From the IMG/VR virus record IMGVR_UViG_2588253749_000005: DNA of 35,205 bases. One strand, 5' to 3'. Position numbers and translations under genes: made by a program. Under the pieces are notes generated by a model. The model was not told the DNA's origin. It did not search any database and saw nothing but the letters and a program-made list of their open reading frames with translations. This document shows positions 27,282 through 35,205 of this stretch, one piece after another. Numbering within the stretch: the stretch's first letter is position 1; each line of letters opens with the position of its first letter. This DNA comes from a virus (Duplodnaviria > Heunggongvirae > Uroviricota > Caudoviricetes).

Positions 27282-28670
27282 ATGAAAAAGATTTATGAAT
27301 TAACTACTGGTAGAGCGCTTAAGTATTTTCTGCAGCATGATTCATACACTACTCTGGAGCTACCCAGTTATGTCGATTTTTCTTCCTTGCTTGAAGAAAT
27401 CAACTCCGCGATAGATGAAGGTAAAATCAACTTCCAACCTGACTCCAAGTCATTGATGGGGAAGAATATAAATTACGAGGTTTTAGTCAGCAAAGATGGC
27501 TTATATAGCTGGCGACGAATAACACTAATTAATCCTCTGTACTACGTGTATTTTTGTAAACTTATTACATCCTCTTCCAACTGGAATGCTATAAGGAATA
27601 AATTTAGAGAGTTTGAGTCTAATGATCTTTTTTTATGCTCAAGTATCCCAGTGAGCAAAAAGAACACCTCAAACGTAGCTGCATCTGTTTTAAACTGGTG
27701 GGAAGATTTTGAACAAAAAAGTCTTTCATTGGCTCTTGAGTATGAGTTCATGTTCAGCACAGATATTTCAAACTTCTACCCTTCTATTTACACTCATAGC
27801 TTTGAATGGGTATTCATCTCAAAAGAAGAGGCCAAAAAGAAAGAAAATAACAATAACCCAGGACGATTGATTGACACTCATATCCAGATGATGATGAGTA
27901 ATCAGACAAACGGAATACCATTGGGTAGTACGTTGATGGATACATTTGCCGAATTAATTTTAGGCGAAATTGATTTACAGCTAAGAAAAAAAACCGAAGA
28001 GCAAAAAATAACGGATTACAAAGTAGTTCGCTACAGAGATGATTATCGAATATTTTCAAGCAGTAAAGATGATTTGGACAAAATCTCAAAGTGTTTGGTT
28101 GAGGTCTTAGGTGAGTTTGGGCTTGATTTAAACTCAAGAAAAACAGAACTACATGACGACATCATTCTTCACTCCCTTAAATCAGCAAAAAAAGAATATA
28201 TTATAGAAGGGTCGTTCAACTCCCTACAGAAAATGTTGTATGCAATATATTTATTTTCTTTAAAACATCAAAACTCCAAAATTACAGTCAGATATTTAAA
28301 TGATTTCTTGCGGAAATTATTTAGGAAGAAAAAGATCACAAATAGTGGGCATCAACTAGATGCAATGCTTGGAATTATTTCAAGCATCATGGCTAAAAAC
28401 CCAACCACCTACCCAGTGGGAATGGCTATTTTCGCAAAACTCTTGACCTTCCTTTATGACGACGATGAACTCAAATTTGGCAAGTTACAACAACTTCATT
28501 GTAAACTAGGTAAACAACCAAATACTGAAATGTTAGATATTTGGTTTCAACGAGTTCAAGGGAAGATACACACACAATGGGAAGGCGATTACAAAACAGC
28601 CCTATGTCAACGCATAAATGATGAACTCAAGGAAAAAAAACATTTACCATTGATGGCCTGTGGGATGTAG
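27282..28670 (+). CDS. Reverse transcriptase, Abi-P2-like defence-associated type, in the tin/old slot
   Basis: 462 aa from the ATG at 27282; RT motifs STDISNFYPSIY, NGIPLGSTLMD and VVRYRDDYRIF (YxDD); very AT-rich; sits between cos and A where P2 carries tin/old; the track ORF starts 42 codons upstream at a non-ATG codon. Confidence 0.8.
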   Translation: MKKIYELTTGRALKYFLQHDSYTTLELPSYVDFSSLLEEINSAIDEGKINFQPDSKSLMGKNINYEVLVSKDGLYSWRRITLINPLYYVYFCKLITSSSNWNAIRNKFREFESNDLFLCSSIPVSKKNTSNVAASVLNWWEDFEQKSLSLALEYEFMFSTDISNFYPSIYTHSFEWVFISKEEAKKKENNNNPGRLIDTHIQMMMSNQTNGIPLGSTLMDTFAELILGEIDLQLRKKTEEQKITDYKVVRYRDDYRIFSSSKDDLDKISKCLVEVLGEFGLDLNSRKTELHDDIILHSLKSAKKEYIIEGSFNSLQKMLYAIYLFSLKHQNSKITVRYLNDFLRKLFRKKKITNSGHQLDAMLGIISSIMAKNPTTYPVGMAIFAKLLTFLYDDDELKFGKLQQLHCKLGKQPNTEMLDIWFQRVQGKIHTQWEGDYKTALCQRINDELKEKKHLPLMACGM

Positions 28671-28925
28671 AGTGGATTCCGGGTTCAGCCAAAAATAAAA
28701 ACAAACAGAAAATACTATCAATTTTGAAAAAAACAAAAATTGTGGATTTAGATGCATTCGAAGAAATGGATACTGATATTACACCAGAAGAAGTGAACTT
28801 ATTCGACAAGGAACACAGCGCTTAACGAAACAATGTTATTAACTCAACATGACTTCGTTAAGCATTAAAGCGAACAGTCATATGAAATTTCGACATCCCT
28901 AACGCCTCGCAAGCTCGTTGTTCAA

Positions 28926-28970
28926 CCCCGCCAGCACTGAAAGCGAGTTTCAGCGTCGGCGGGATTTTCT
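28926..28970 (+). terminator. Candidate compound-hairpin terminator downstream of the reverse transcriptase
   Basis: CCCCGCC ... GGCGGG outer stem around an inner CTGAAA-gcgag-TTTCAG stem, followed by ATTTTCT. Confidence 0.4.
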
Positions 28971-28990
28971 ATGGTCAACGTGGTGACAGA

Positions 28991-29251
28991 TTATGGGCAC
29001 GCGTGAAGGTAGAAATATGGACGGTTGGGATTATTTATTTCTCCCATACGGCTGCAGTTATCACTGACGATCTCAGTCCCTCCGACCAACTCGTAGAGGG
29101 TCAGATTCTCTTTGACCATAATTTGTAAACAATAGCCATCAGCCGGAGACTCTTGCACGAGTACAATGGCGGAACCGGACGCATAGCTAGTAATGTATGC
29201 ATTAGTCATAATGACATGCTTCCAAAGCAAGATTGCCACGCAGTTCCGCAT
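28991..29251 (-). CDS. Hypothetical protein at the P2 orf91 position, immediately downstream of A
   Basis: 86-aa ORF with ATG at 29251 (alternative ATG at 29209); weak RBS; called mainly by position. Confidence 0.4.
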   Translation of the reverse strand: MRNCVAILLWKHVIMTNAYITSYASGSAIVLVQESPADGYCLQIMVKENLTLYELVGGTEIVSDNCSRMGEINNPNRPYFYLHACP

Positions 29252-29312
29252 GATCCATCAGTTGCTGATACCAACCATCAAGTGGAAGCAAAATCAACCA
29301 TTTCAATCATTT

Positions 29313-31589
29313 TTATATGTTTGTTGAGAATCCCGGCCACTCATCAGCAGCCAGATACGTGAATTGTTTCCCGTCATAATTTACGGTTGCCCCACGCGCC
29401 AGCGCCTCAAGCTCCCATCGCTGGGGCAAGATTCCATTCTGAGCAAGGTCAACGCGGATACGGGTGATTTGCAATCGTTCCGACCGGCTCAGTCTGGCCG
29501 ATGGTGCAATTTCATGTGGTTTTAACGTGCTTCCGTTTCTTTGCTGACGGTTTGGCGTTCTCAGCCCGTGTTTTAATGCGCCCCTGAGCGCCTTCACGAC
29601 CTCCGGCTCATTCCATTCGATAATACCGTCATCAACCAGATTAAGCACTGCTGCGGCGTGCTCAGAAGGTGTGGGAGCCGGTAACGAAGTATCACCACCG
29701 GTGAGCTTTCCACAGTTATTGACAGGACTCCGAGGCGCGGCGATGCCGCTTTTTAAATTCAAAGGCTCAACGACCGGAACTTTCGGCACAATGCGCCAGT
29801 CCGTGGTTCTGGTGATATGAATATGACGCGCGCCGAGATGCGGTGCGTAAATGCCGACCACTCTCTCGACCTCTTCCTCGTACTCGTTAACTTCATCCGA
29901 CGGGCTACGGGCGACCCTGACAGTCTGACAATCGCGCGGAACATTTGCCCCACCCTGCGCGCTGATATACAACGCAAAATCACCACTGTCTGCGGCGGCG
30001 CGTGCAGCCTCGACGCGCTCGTCAAACTCATCAGCAATGCTGACGCCACGAGGCAATTTGCGTAATTCACGGTAAGCCCCCATTGTCGGCAGACCAACCG
30101 TTTTAAATTGCGGAATGCGCCACGTTGACGCCCATGCGGTAACAGCCGCGGCTGTGTCTTTCAGCGGCCTGCCGGTGTCGTTATCGAGCTGACCATCCAG
30201 TGCATAGCCGTCGATGTTTTTTGAGATGTATTTCGCGATATATCCCGCAGCACCGCCCCGGTTAAGGTGTTTTGCCTGAAAACGGTTTCGCGCGGCTCCT
30301 CTTTCGTCGCCATCCTCTTTGAGCGCATAGCGACGCATGATTTCGATAATCTGGTTACGCTGGCGTGGATTACAAAAAAGCATCATATGCCAGTGCGGCG
30401 TTCCGTCGTGGTGTGGCTCGACGACACGCAAACCGTAGACCTGTAAATCATTATCCTTGAATGCCGTGCGCATCAGGCTCCAGATGCGGCAGAGATAACG
30501 CTGCGCATCCTTTGGATTAAATGCCTCATCGTTCCAGCCGTGATTAAGCTGAACGGTTTTACTTTCGCCTTTTCTGACCTGACGTGTCGGGTGATACTTT
30601 GACGGCGCGGTCAGCGTGATAAACATCCCCACATCACCCTCTGCGGCGGCGTAACGCTCAATACCGGCAATGGTGTTCATCAGCTCCATCCGGCGAATTT
30701 CAGGATTAGAAATACTGCCCATCACCTTACTGATAAGGTCGATACGCTCGCCGGTTTCCCTGTTTTCAAGGTCACACGATTTAAGAAATTCCAGATTTGC
30801 CTGGCGGCGCGCACGCACATCACGAATGGCGTGTTTACTGGCATAAGGAGAACGGTCTTTATTGACCTCCCCGACAGCTATCAGTAACGCTTCATGCCAG
30901 CGCATACGCTGGCCTTTAAGCTGATGAGTCCACCACTCATCGTTAAACAGACGGGCAATGGCAGAATATGCCTGCCTCGTGGTCATCTGCCCTTTACGGT
31001 ATTTTTTCCAGTAGAGAGGGGAAATATTGAAAGCACGTGCAGCGCCAGCAACATGACCATACAGGTGAGCCTGCGCCTCATCCGTAAACAGTGATTCTTT
31101 TTCGCCATGCGCATCCACCCAGGCATCGCAGAGTTCCTCATACATCATGAAAAGCTGCGATGAGATACGGGCGGCAAACTTTTTCAGCTCCTTGTCATTC
31201 ATTCCTGGCAGGCGCGCATAGTGGTCACGCTCTGCCAGAAACAGCAACGACGCGTCGGTGTTCATTTCATGGCGCTGATTCACACGCTCAATACGCGGCC
31301 ATAAACGACGCTGAAAAGTGGATGTGAGGAAATAAAACCCGTGTACCGGACTTTTATTGCGCCGGATGTAGTCATAGCGTGAAGTAAACAGCGAGCGCAA
31401 AAAGTAAGGCAGGCGGTTAATCGTGGATAAAACACCTTGCACCTGACGCATCTCGTCACGTGTAAGAGGTCTTTCTCGCCCGACGGCCTCGCGTGGCGCG
31501 TTCCATGCATAAGCACCGGTAAACGTCTCACCGGTGCCTGCGGCAAATGCTGACGGAGGGACAAAACGCCCGGAGGTTTTAACGGCCAT
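29313..31589 (-). CDS. A: Replication initiation protein A (rolling-circle nickase)
   Basis: 758 aa from the ATG at 31589 (MAVKTSGRFVPPSAFAAGTGETF...); P2 gpA; the track ORF has a 14-codon upstream extension. Confidence 0.92.
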   Translation of the reverse strand: MAVKTSGRFVPPSAFAAGTGETFTGAYAWNAPREAVGRERPLTRDEMRQVQGVLSTINRLPYFLRSLFTSRYDYIRRNKSPVHGFYFLTSTFQRRLWPRIERVNQRHEMNTDASLLFLAERDHYARLPGMNDKELKKFAARISSQLFMMYEELCDAWVDAHGEKESLFTDEAQAHLYGHVAGAARAFNISPLYWKKYRKGQMTTRQAYSAIARLFNDEWWTHQLKGQRMRWHEALLIAVGEVNKDRSPYASKHAIRDVRARRQANLEFLKSCDLENRETGERIDLISKVMGSISNPEIRRMELMNTIAGIERYAAAEGDVGMFITLTAPSKYHPTRQVRKGESKTVQLNHGWNDEAFNPKDAQRYLCRIWSLMRTAFKDNDLQVYGLRVVEPHHDGTPHWHMMLFCNPRQRNQIIEIMRRYALKEDGDERGAARNRFQAKHLNRGGAAGYIAKYISKNIDGYALDGQLDNDTGRPLKDTAAAVTAWASTWRIPQFKTVGLPTMGAYRELRKLPRGVSIADEFDERVEAARAAADSGDFALYISAQGGANVPRDCQTVRVARSPSDEVNEYEEEVERVVGIYAPHLGARHIHITRTTDWRIVPKVPVVEPLNLKSGIAAPRSPVNNCGKLTGGDTSLPAPTPSEHAAAVLNLVDDGIIEWNEPEVVKALRGALKHGLRTPNRQQRNGSTLKPHEIAPSARLSRSERLQITRIRVDLAQNGILPQRWELEALARGATVNYDGKQFTYLAADEWPGFSTNI

Positions 31590-31854
31590 ATGAGCCAAAA
31601 GCCTCTGAACAACGCTTGCTGAGTTGCTCAACCTGCGCGTTTAAATCAGCAAAAGACTTTGCGCTTCCGGTCAGAATATCGTGATGCATCAGGCCGGAAA
31701 CGAGCTGGCTTAATTTCGGGTAATAACCAACCACCGACAGCCATTCCTGACCGGCGTTTTTACCGCTTTCCGCTCTCTTTTTCTCGTGGAGAATAAACTG
31801 AAAGCTGTCACTGGTAACGACATAACGTTCGCCAATTTCGATACGAATACTCAT
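31579..31854 (-). CDS. Hypothetical protein, P2 orf83 position
   Basis: 91 aa, ATG at 31854; overlaps the A start; conserved position in the B-A early operon. Confidence 0.7.
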   Translation of the reverse strand: MSIRIEIGERYVVTSDSFQFILHEKKRAESGKNAGQEWLSVVGYYPKLSQLVSGLMHHDILTGSAKSFADLNAQVEQLSKRCSEAFGSYGR

Positions 31855-32075
31855 GCCATTCTCCGGTAATGCTTGTTTTTTGCTTCAAAGACTGACTGGC
31901 AGGAAACACAACGCGTGGCTGACGGATAAGCCGCACGACGGGCAGCAGGTATTGGCGCATCACACTCTTCGCAAACCAGCGCAGAAGCACAGCAATGTTT
32001 TACCCTTGCCGCGTTAATCTGGCGCTCCAGTAATTCAGCCTGTTGTTCCTGAATGAAATCTACGTTGTCCGGCAT
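31851..32075 (-). CDS. DksA/TraR-family C4 zinc-finger protein, P2 orf82 position
   Basis: 74 aa, ATG at 32075; CxxC ... CxxC motifs (CEECDAPI ... CVSCQ). Confidence 0.75.
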   Translation of the reverse strand: MPDNVDFIQEQQAELLERQINAARVKHCCASALVCEECDAPIPAARRAAYPSATRCVSCQSVFEAKNKHYRRMA

Positions 32076-32377
32076 TACCAGTTCCTTTTGTCGTTCAGTT
32101 TCTTAAATTCATCAGCGCAATAGCTGGCGAGTTCTGTCGTTAATTTTGTCAGTTCATCCACTGAGGAAATTTGCTTGTGAAATACAGCGCGTTTCACAAG
32201 TAAATTGATCACATCAGACAGGAGGTTTAATTCGCTCTGATAAATCGCGATAACAGATTCAGTTATGTCGCGCTTTTCTTTATCAAGACCAAGTTGAATA
32301 AGAGACAAATCGCCATTTTCCATAACGGCGATTTTTAAGGCGTTATTCAGTAATACAATTGAACGAGAACAGGACAT
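32075..32377 (-). CDS. Hypothetical protein, P2 orf81 position
   Basis: 100 aa from the ATG at 32377; the track ORF starts one codon earlier at TTG. Confidence 0.7.
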   Translation of the reverse strand: MSCSRSIVLLNNALKIAVMENGDLSLIQLGLDKEKRDITESVIAIYQSELNLLSDVINLLVKRAVFHKQISSVDELTKLTTELASYCADEFKKLNDKRNW

Positions 32378-32490
32378 CAAAGCACCTCCCCGCGAGACAA
32401 TCCGATATTGTGAAATTTTTCCGACTCCTGACTGAGCAGCTCGACTATCTCCACGCGGGATAACTCCGCCTTTGTGATGTGGAGAATCAT
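32377..32490 (-). CDS. Small hypothetical protein (37 aa), P2 orf80 position
   Basis: ATG at 32490 ([37 protein letters not shown]); its stop overlaps the orf81 start (TGATG) and its 3' end supplies GGAGG for orf81; below the track size cutoff. Confidence 0.35.
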   Translation of the reverse strand: MILHITKAELSRVEIVELLSQESEKFHNIGLSRGEVL

Positions 32491-32665
32491 GGCGTCAAGA
32501 TGAGAAGAAAAGCGCGTCGCAGCGTCGGCCTGTGCTTCGGTTTCTGGCCTGTTGCAGCAGTAATGCGTATATACCGCACTGATTTTCAGAAACTGTATGC
32601 ATGACTTTCTCCAGGCAAAAAGAAGCCCCGCACGATTAAGTGCGTTAAAAACTCTGGTTAATTAT

Positions 32666-33166
32666 TTAATGCAGATATTGCTCTGGTTTTACCGACGTCA
32701 GAATTGTCGGTGCATACTCAAACAGGCTGAATAATTCACGTAATGCACGGAACAAAGCATCACGCCAATAACATGATTCTTCATTAATTCGCCAGTATGG
32801 CTGGTTGAATTCTTTTTCAGTCAGTCGTGCGTGCATAAATAAAGTGCGACGCTGACTGACTGTTAAAAAACTAATATATGCATACTCACTTGCACCAACC
32901 TGACGGCGTTTTGAGAATGCGCCACGCAATTCATCAATTGCACAAACCAGTCGTTCACGTTCGACGTCGTTCATTTCTTCAAAACGCATCGTTGCGTGAC
33001 GCTGTTTTAACTGTGCATGAAAGCAAACCGTTAGCCGTTCGCGCTCCATCATCTGATTATAATAATCACATGTATCCTGCCAGCGAGGGACGGCAAGATG
33101 CTTGCCAATTATCCGGCGCATAGCTGCTGGCTGTTTTTCGACGAGATTAAGTGTCATCACTGTCAT
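32666..33166 (-). CDS. B: Replication protein B (helicase loader)
   Basis: 166 aa, ATG at 33166; P2 gpB. Confidence 0.88.
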   Translation of the reverse strand: MTVMTLNLVEKQPAAMRRIIGKHLAVPRWQDTCDYYNQMMERERLTVCFHAQLKQRHATMRFEEMNDVERERLVCAIDELRGAFSKRRQVGASEYAYISFLTVSQRRTLFMHARLTEKEFNQPYWRINEESCYWRDALFRALRELFSLFEYAPTILTSVKPEQYLH

Positions 33167-33420
33167 TTCCAGACCCTCCGGCTTTTCAGAAAGGTCAGAG
33201 CCTTTTTTAACGGACTCTGTTTTTTGGTACGGATAATGATTCCCTTGCGCCCCTTCCCGTGGGTGATGGTGAAGTCAATCGCCCTGGGGCTTTCGTTACG
33301 CAATAACTGAGCAATACAACGAGGCTCGTTCATCCTTTCCACCTTAAGCCGCACGGCCATGTCTTGATTTGCTGTAACTAATGCGATTTTTCCAGTCATG
33401 CCATTCTGTCGGAGCTTCAT
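33163..33420 (-). CDS. Hypothetical protein, P2 orf78 position
   Basis: About 85 aa from the ATG at 33420 (the track starts at TTG 33423); between cox and B; start uncertain. Confidence 0.45.
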   Translation of the reverse strand: MKLRQNGMTGKIALVTANQDMAVRLKVERMNEPRCIAQLLRNESPRAIDFTITHGKGRKGIIIRTKKQSPLKKALTFLKSRRVWK

Positions 33421-33700
33421 CAACTAGCTGGGCTGCGTACTTGTCCCACTCACGACGATTAATCCATAACTCAGCATGACCGCCCGGCTTTAATGGGTCC
33501 GTCATATAAAAGGCTGGTAACTTGCCTGCTTTCGCCATTTCAGCAACAGCACGAGGCGTCTTACCGATGTAAAGAGCAAAACCCTCTTTCGAGAGCAAAT
33601 CCGACGGTGCGGCTGCAAGTTTGATGTCACATTTTTTACTTTTTGTGAGATCAGATACTTTTTCTCCAACATCGTTATTCATTTCTGATCCAATACTCAT
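33344..33700 (-). CDS. cox: Cox-like excisionase/early-promoter regulator
   Basis: 118 aa from the ATG at 33700 with GAGGA RBS; FALYIGKTPRAVAEMAKAGKLPAFYMTDP resembles the P2 Cox helix-turn-helix region; divergent from C. Confidence 0.7.
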   Translation of the reverse strand: MSIGSEMNNDVGEKVSDLTKSKKCDIKLAAAPSDLLSKEGFALYIGKTPRAVAEMAKAGKLPAFYMTDPLKPGGHAELWINRREWDKYAAQLVDEAPTEWHDWKNRISYSKSRHGRAA

Positions 33701-33804
33701 TTTGATATCCTCAACTTTGGTGCCATTCAATCAGAGCTATTTGAAGCCGCTCTGCGTTGTTCTGGCGTGTCGCATACAACATAAATTACGAGATACGACA
33801 ATTC
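33701..33804. promoter_or_regulatory. Lysis/lysogeny switch region between cox and C
   Basis: 104-bp region between the divergent cox and C starts; by analogy with P2 it should hold the Pe/Pc promoters and C operators; individual sites not resolved. Confidence 0.5.
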
Positions 33805-34116
33805 ATGTCAAATACACAAATCACATCTCAAGCAGAGAAACTCGCACTTATTCGGGAATCAGAAAGAATGACAAGGAAGCAAGTTGCTGAATTAACTGGA
33901 ATTAACTACAACACCTATGCTGGATATGAGCAGGGAAAAGTAAAGATGTCTTTTGACGCAGGTATGAAATTTTTCAAGCCAGAAAGATTTCGCAAGTACC
34001 GTGACTGGTTCATGTTTGATGAAACTGATCCCGCTGGCGGACAAATAGCCCCGGCGCTCGCGCACATTGGGCAAGACTCAACAACCTTGCACCACTCAGA
34101 CCAAAAGACTGGCTGA
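33805..34116 (+). CDS. C: Immunity repressor C
   Basis: 103 aa from the ATG at 33805 (MSNTQITSQAEKLALIRESERMTRKQVAELTGI...); helix-turn-helix; C-terminal GQIAPALAHIGQ shared with P2 C. Confidence 0.85.
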   Translation: MSNTQITSQAEKLALIRESERMTRKQVAELTGINYNTYAGYEQGKVKMSFDAGMKFFKPERFRKYRDWFMFDETDPAGGQIAPALAHIGQDSTTLHHSDQKTG

Positions 34117-34209
34117 CGATTTATTCAGCATATGTGTGCAGTAAATGTACGAAAGAAAATTGCATTAATTTTCAAGTAGTAGAAGTAAACAGCGTCATCG
34201 GAGGGCTTT

Positions 34210-35205
34210 ATGTCTATTAAAAAGCTCGATGATGGTCGTTATGAAGTGGACGTCAGACCGCAGGGTGCAGATGGAAAACGTATCAGGCGGAAATTTAAAA
34301 CTAAAGGTGAAGCTCAAGCATTCGAACGTCATGTCCTGGTTAACTACCACAACAAAGAGTGGTTGGAGAAGCCGGCCGACCGCCGAACTCTTACAGAGTT
34401 GTTAGGCAGATGGTGGATATATCACGGAAAATCACATGAGCGTGGAGATATTGAACGAGGGCGTTTGACGACAATAATCGCCAAATTTGCCGAGATGGGA
34501 GTGTCCAGGGCGGACCAGCTAACAAAGAAAACGATAACTGATTATCGCGTTGTAATGATGAACGATGGCCTAAAACCAGCCAGCGTAAATCGGCATCTGG
34601 CAATAATGAGCGGGATGTTCACCAAGTTAATTGACGCCGGTGAATATCACTCTCACAACCCGTTCCGTGAGGTTAAGCGGTTACGTGAAGCTGTTACGGA
34701 AATGGCTTTTTTGTCCAGTGAAGAGATTACGCGGCTGTTATCCATGCTTGATGGTGATGAGTTAAATGCAACTCTGGTCTGCCTTTCTACTGGTGGACGC
34801 TGGAGTGAAGTGTCTAATTTGAAAGCTGAACACATCATTAACCAGATGGTTACGTTTATGAAAACTAAAAACGGAAAGCGCAGGACAATTCCCGTTTCGC
34901 AGGACCTGATTAAACGGATCAAGACCAAAAATTCAGGCAGGCTTTTTAATGCCAGTTACTACAAAGTGCGCAACGCTCTCAGGGAAGTAAAACCCGATTT
35001 ACCTGACGGACAGGCAGTGCATGTTTTGAGGCATACATTTGCCACACATTTTATAATGAATGGAGGTAACATAATCACATTGCAGCGCATCCTGGGTCAT
35101 TCTAACATTCAGCAAACTATGACCTACGCACACTTTGCACCGGATTTCTTACAAGATGCTGTGACTCTTAACCCGGTGTCAGGAATGTCCATAATGCGTC
35201 CATAA
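34210..35205 (+). CDS. int: Tyrosine integrase
   Basis: 331 aa, ATG at 34210, stop TAA at 35203..35205; R...HxLRH...Y catalytic pattern (VLRHTFATH, MTYAHF); P2 Int-like. Confidence 0.9.
   Translation: MSIKKLDDGRYEVDVRPQGADGKRIRRKFKTKGEAQAFERHVLVNYHNKEWLEKPADRRTLTELLGRWWIYHGKSHERGDIERGRLTTIIAKFAEMGVSRADQLTKKTITDYRVVMMNDGLKPASVNRHLAIMSGMFTKLIDAGEYHSHNPFREVKRLREAVTEMAFLSSEEITRLLSMLDGDELNATLVCLSTGGRWSEVSNLKAEHIINQMVTFMKTKNGKRRTIPVSQDLIKRIKTKNSGRLFNASYYKVRNALREVKPDLPDGQAVHVLRHTFATHFIMNGGNIITLQRILGHSNIQQTMTYAHFAPDFLQDAVTLNPVSGMSIMRP

Larger units (their letters stand above)
1507..35205. mobile_element. P2-like prophage, apparently intact; right end beyond the window
   Basis: Complete P2 gene order from ogr to int with cos, att core, E/E' frameshift site and lysis cassette all present; about 33.7 kb within the window. 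Confidence 0.92.

Noticed and set aside
28627-28809. 60-aa minus-strand ORF overlapping the end of the reverse transcriptase
   Set aside because: Antisense to the RT 3' end and its putative frameshift extension; no start signals.
1-35205. CRISPR arrays, tRNA or rRNA genes, insertion sequences
   Set aside because: No regularly spaced direct repeats, no cloverleaf-like tRNA candidates at the junction, and no transposase-like ORFs or terminal inverted repeats were seen.

Overview
The window holds the complete host gene yegQ (1..1362) followed by an almost complete P2-like (Peduovirus-type) prophage that begins at a 27-bp P2-type att core (1507..1533) and runs to the integrase gene ending at the window edge (35205); the second att copy lies outside the window. 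All calls are from reading the sequence and the ORF track; no database search or computation was run. Essentially the whole P2 gene set is recognisable in P2 order: ogr, D, U, T, E/E' (with the TTTTTTG frameshift site), FII, FI, G, H, I, J, W, V, S, R, lysC/lysB/lysA, K, Y, X, L, M, N, O, then P and Q, cos, A, orf83/82/81, B, cox, C and int. Three visibly AT-rich cargo insertions sit at the three known variable slots of P2-like phages. (1) Between FI and G (the P2 Z/fun slot, 8240..11769) are two uncharacterised genes, one with an N-terminal Mrr-type PD-(D/E)xK nuclease-like motif and one with a HEPN-like R-x4-H motif plus a cysteine-rich C-terminus, together with a small hydrophobic ORF that has its own near-consensus promoter and ribosome-binding site. 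This is the best candidate for a previously undescribed anti-phage module. (2) Between S and V (the orf30 slot) is a 261-aa three-transmembrane protein on the opposite strand. (3) Between cos and A (the tin/old slot) is a reverse transcriptase of the Abi-P2 type, whose 3' end carries an A8 tract where a 1-nt slip would extend the protein by about 52 residues. No tRNA, rRNA or CRISPR array was seen.
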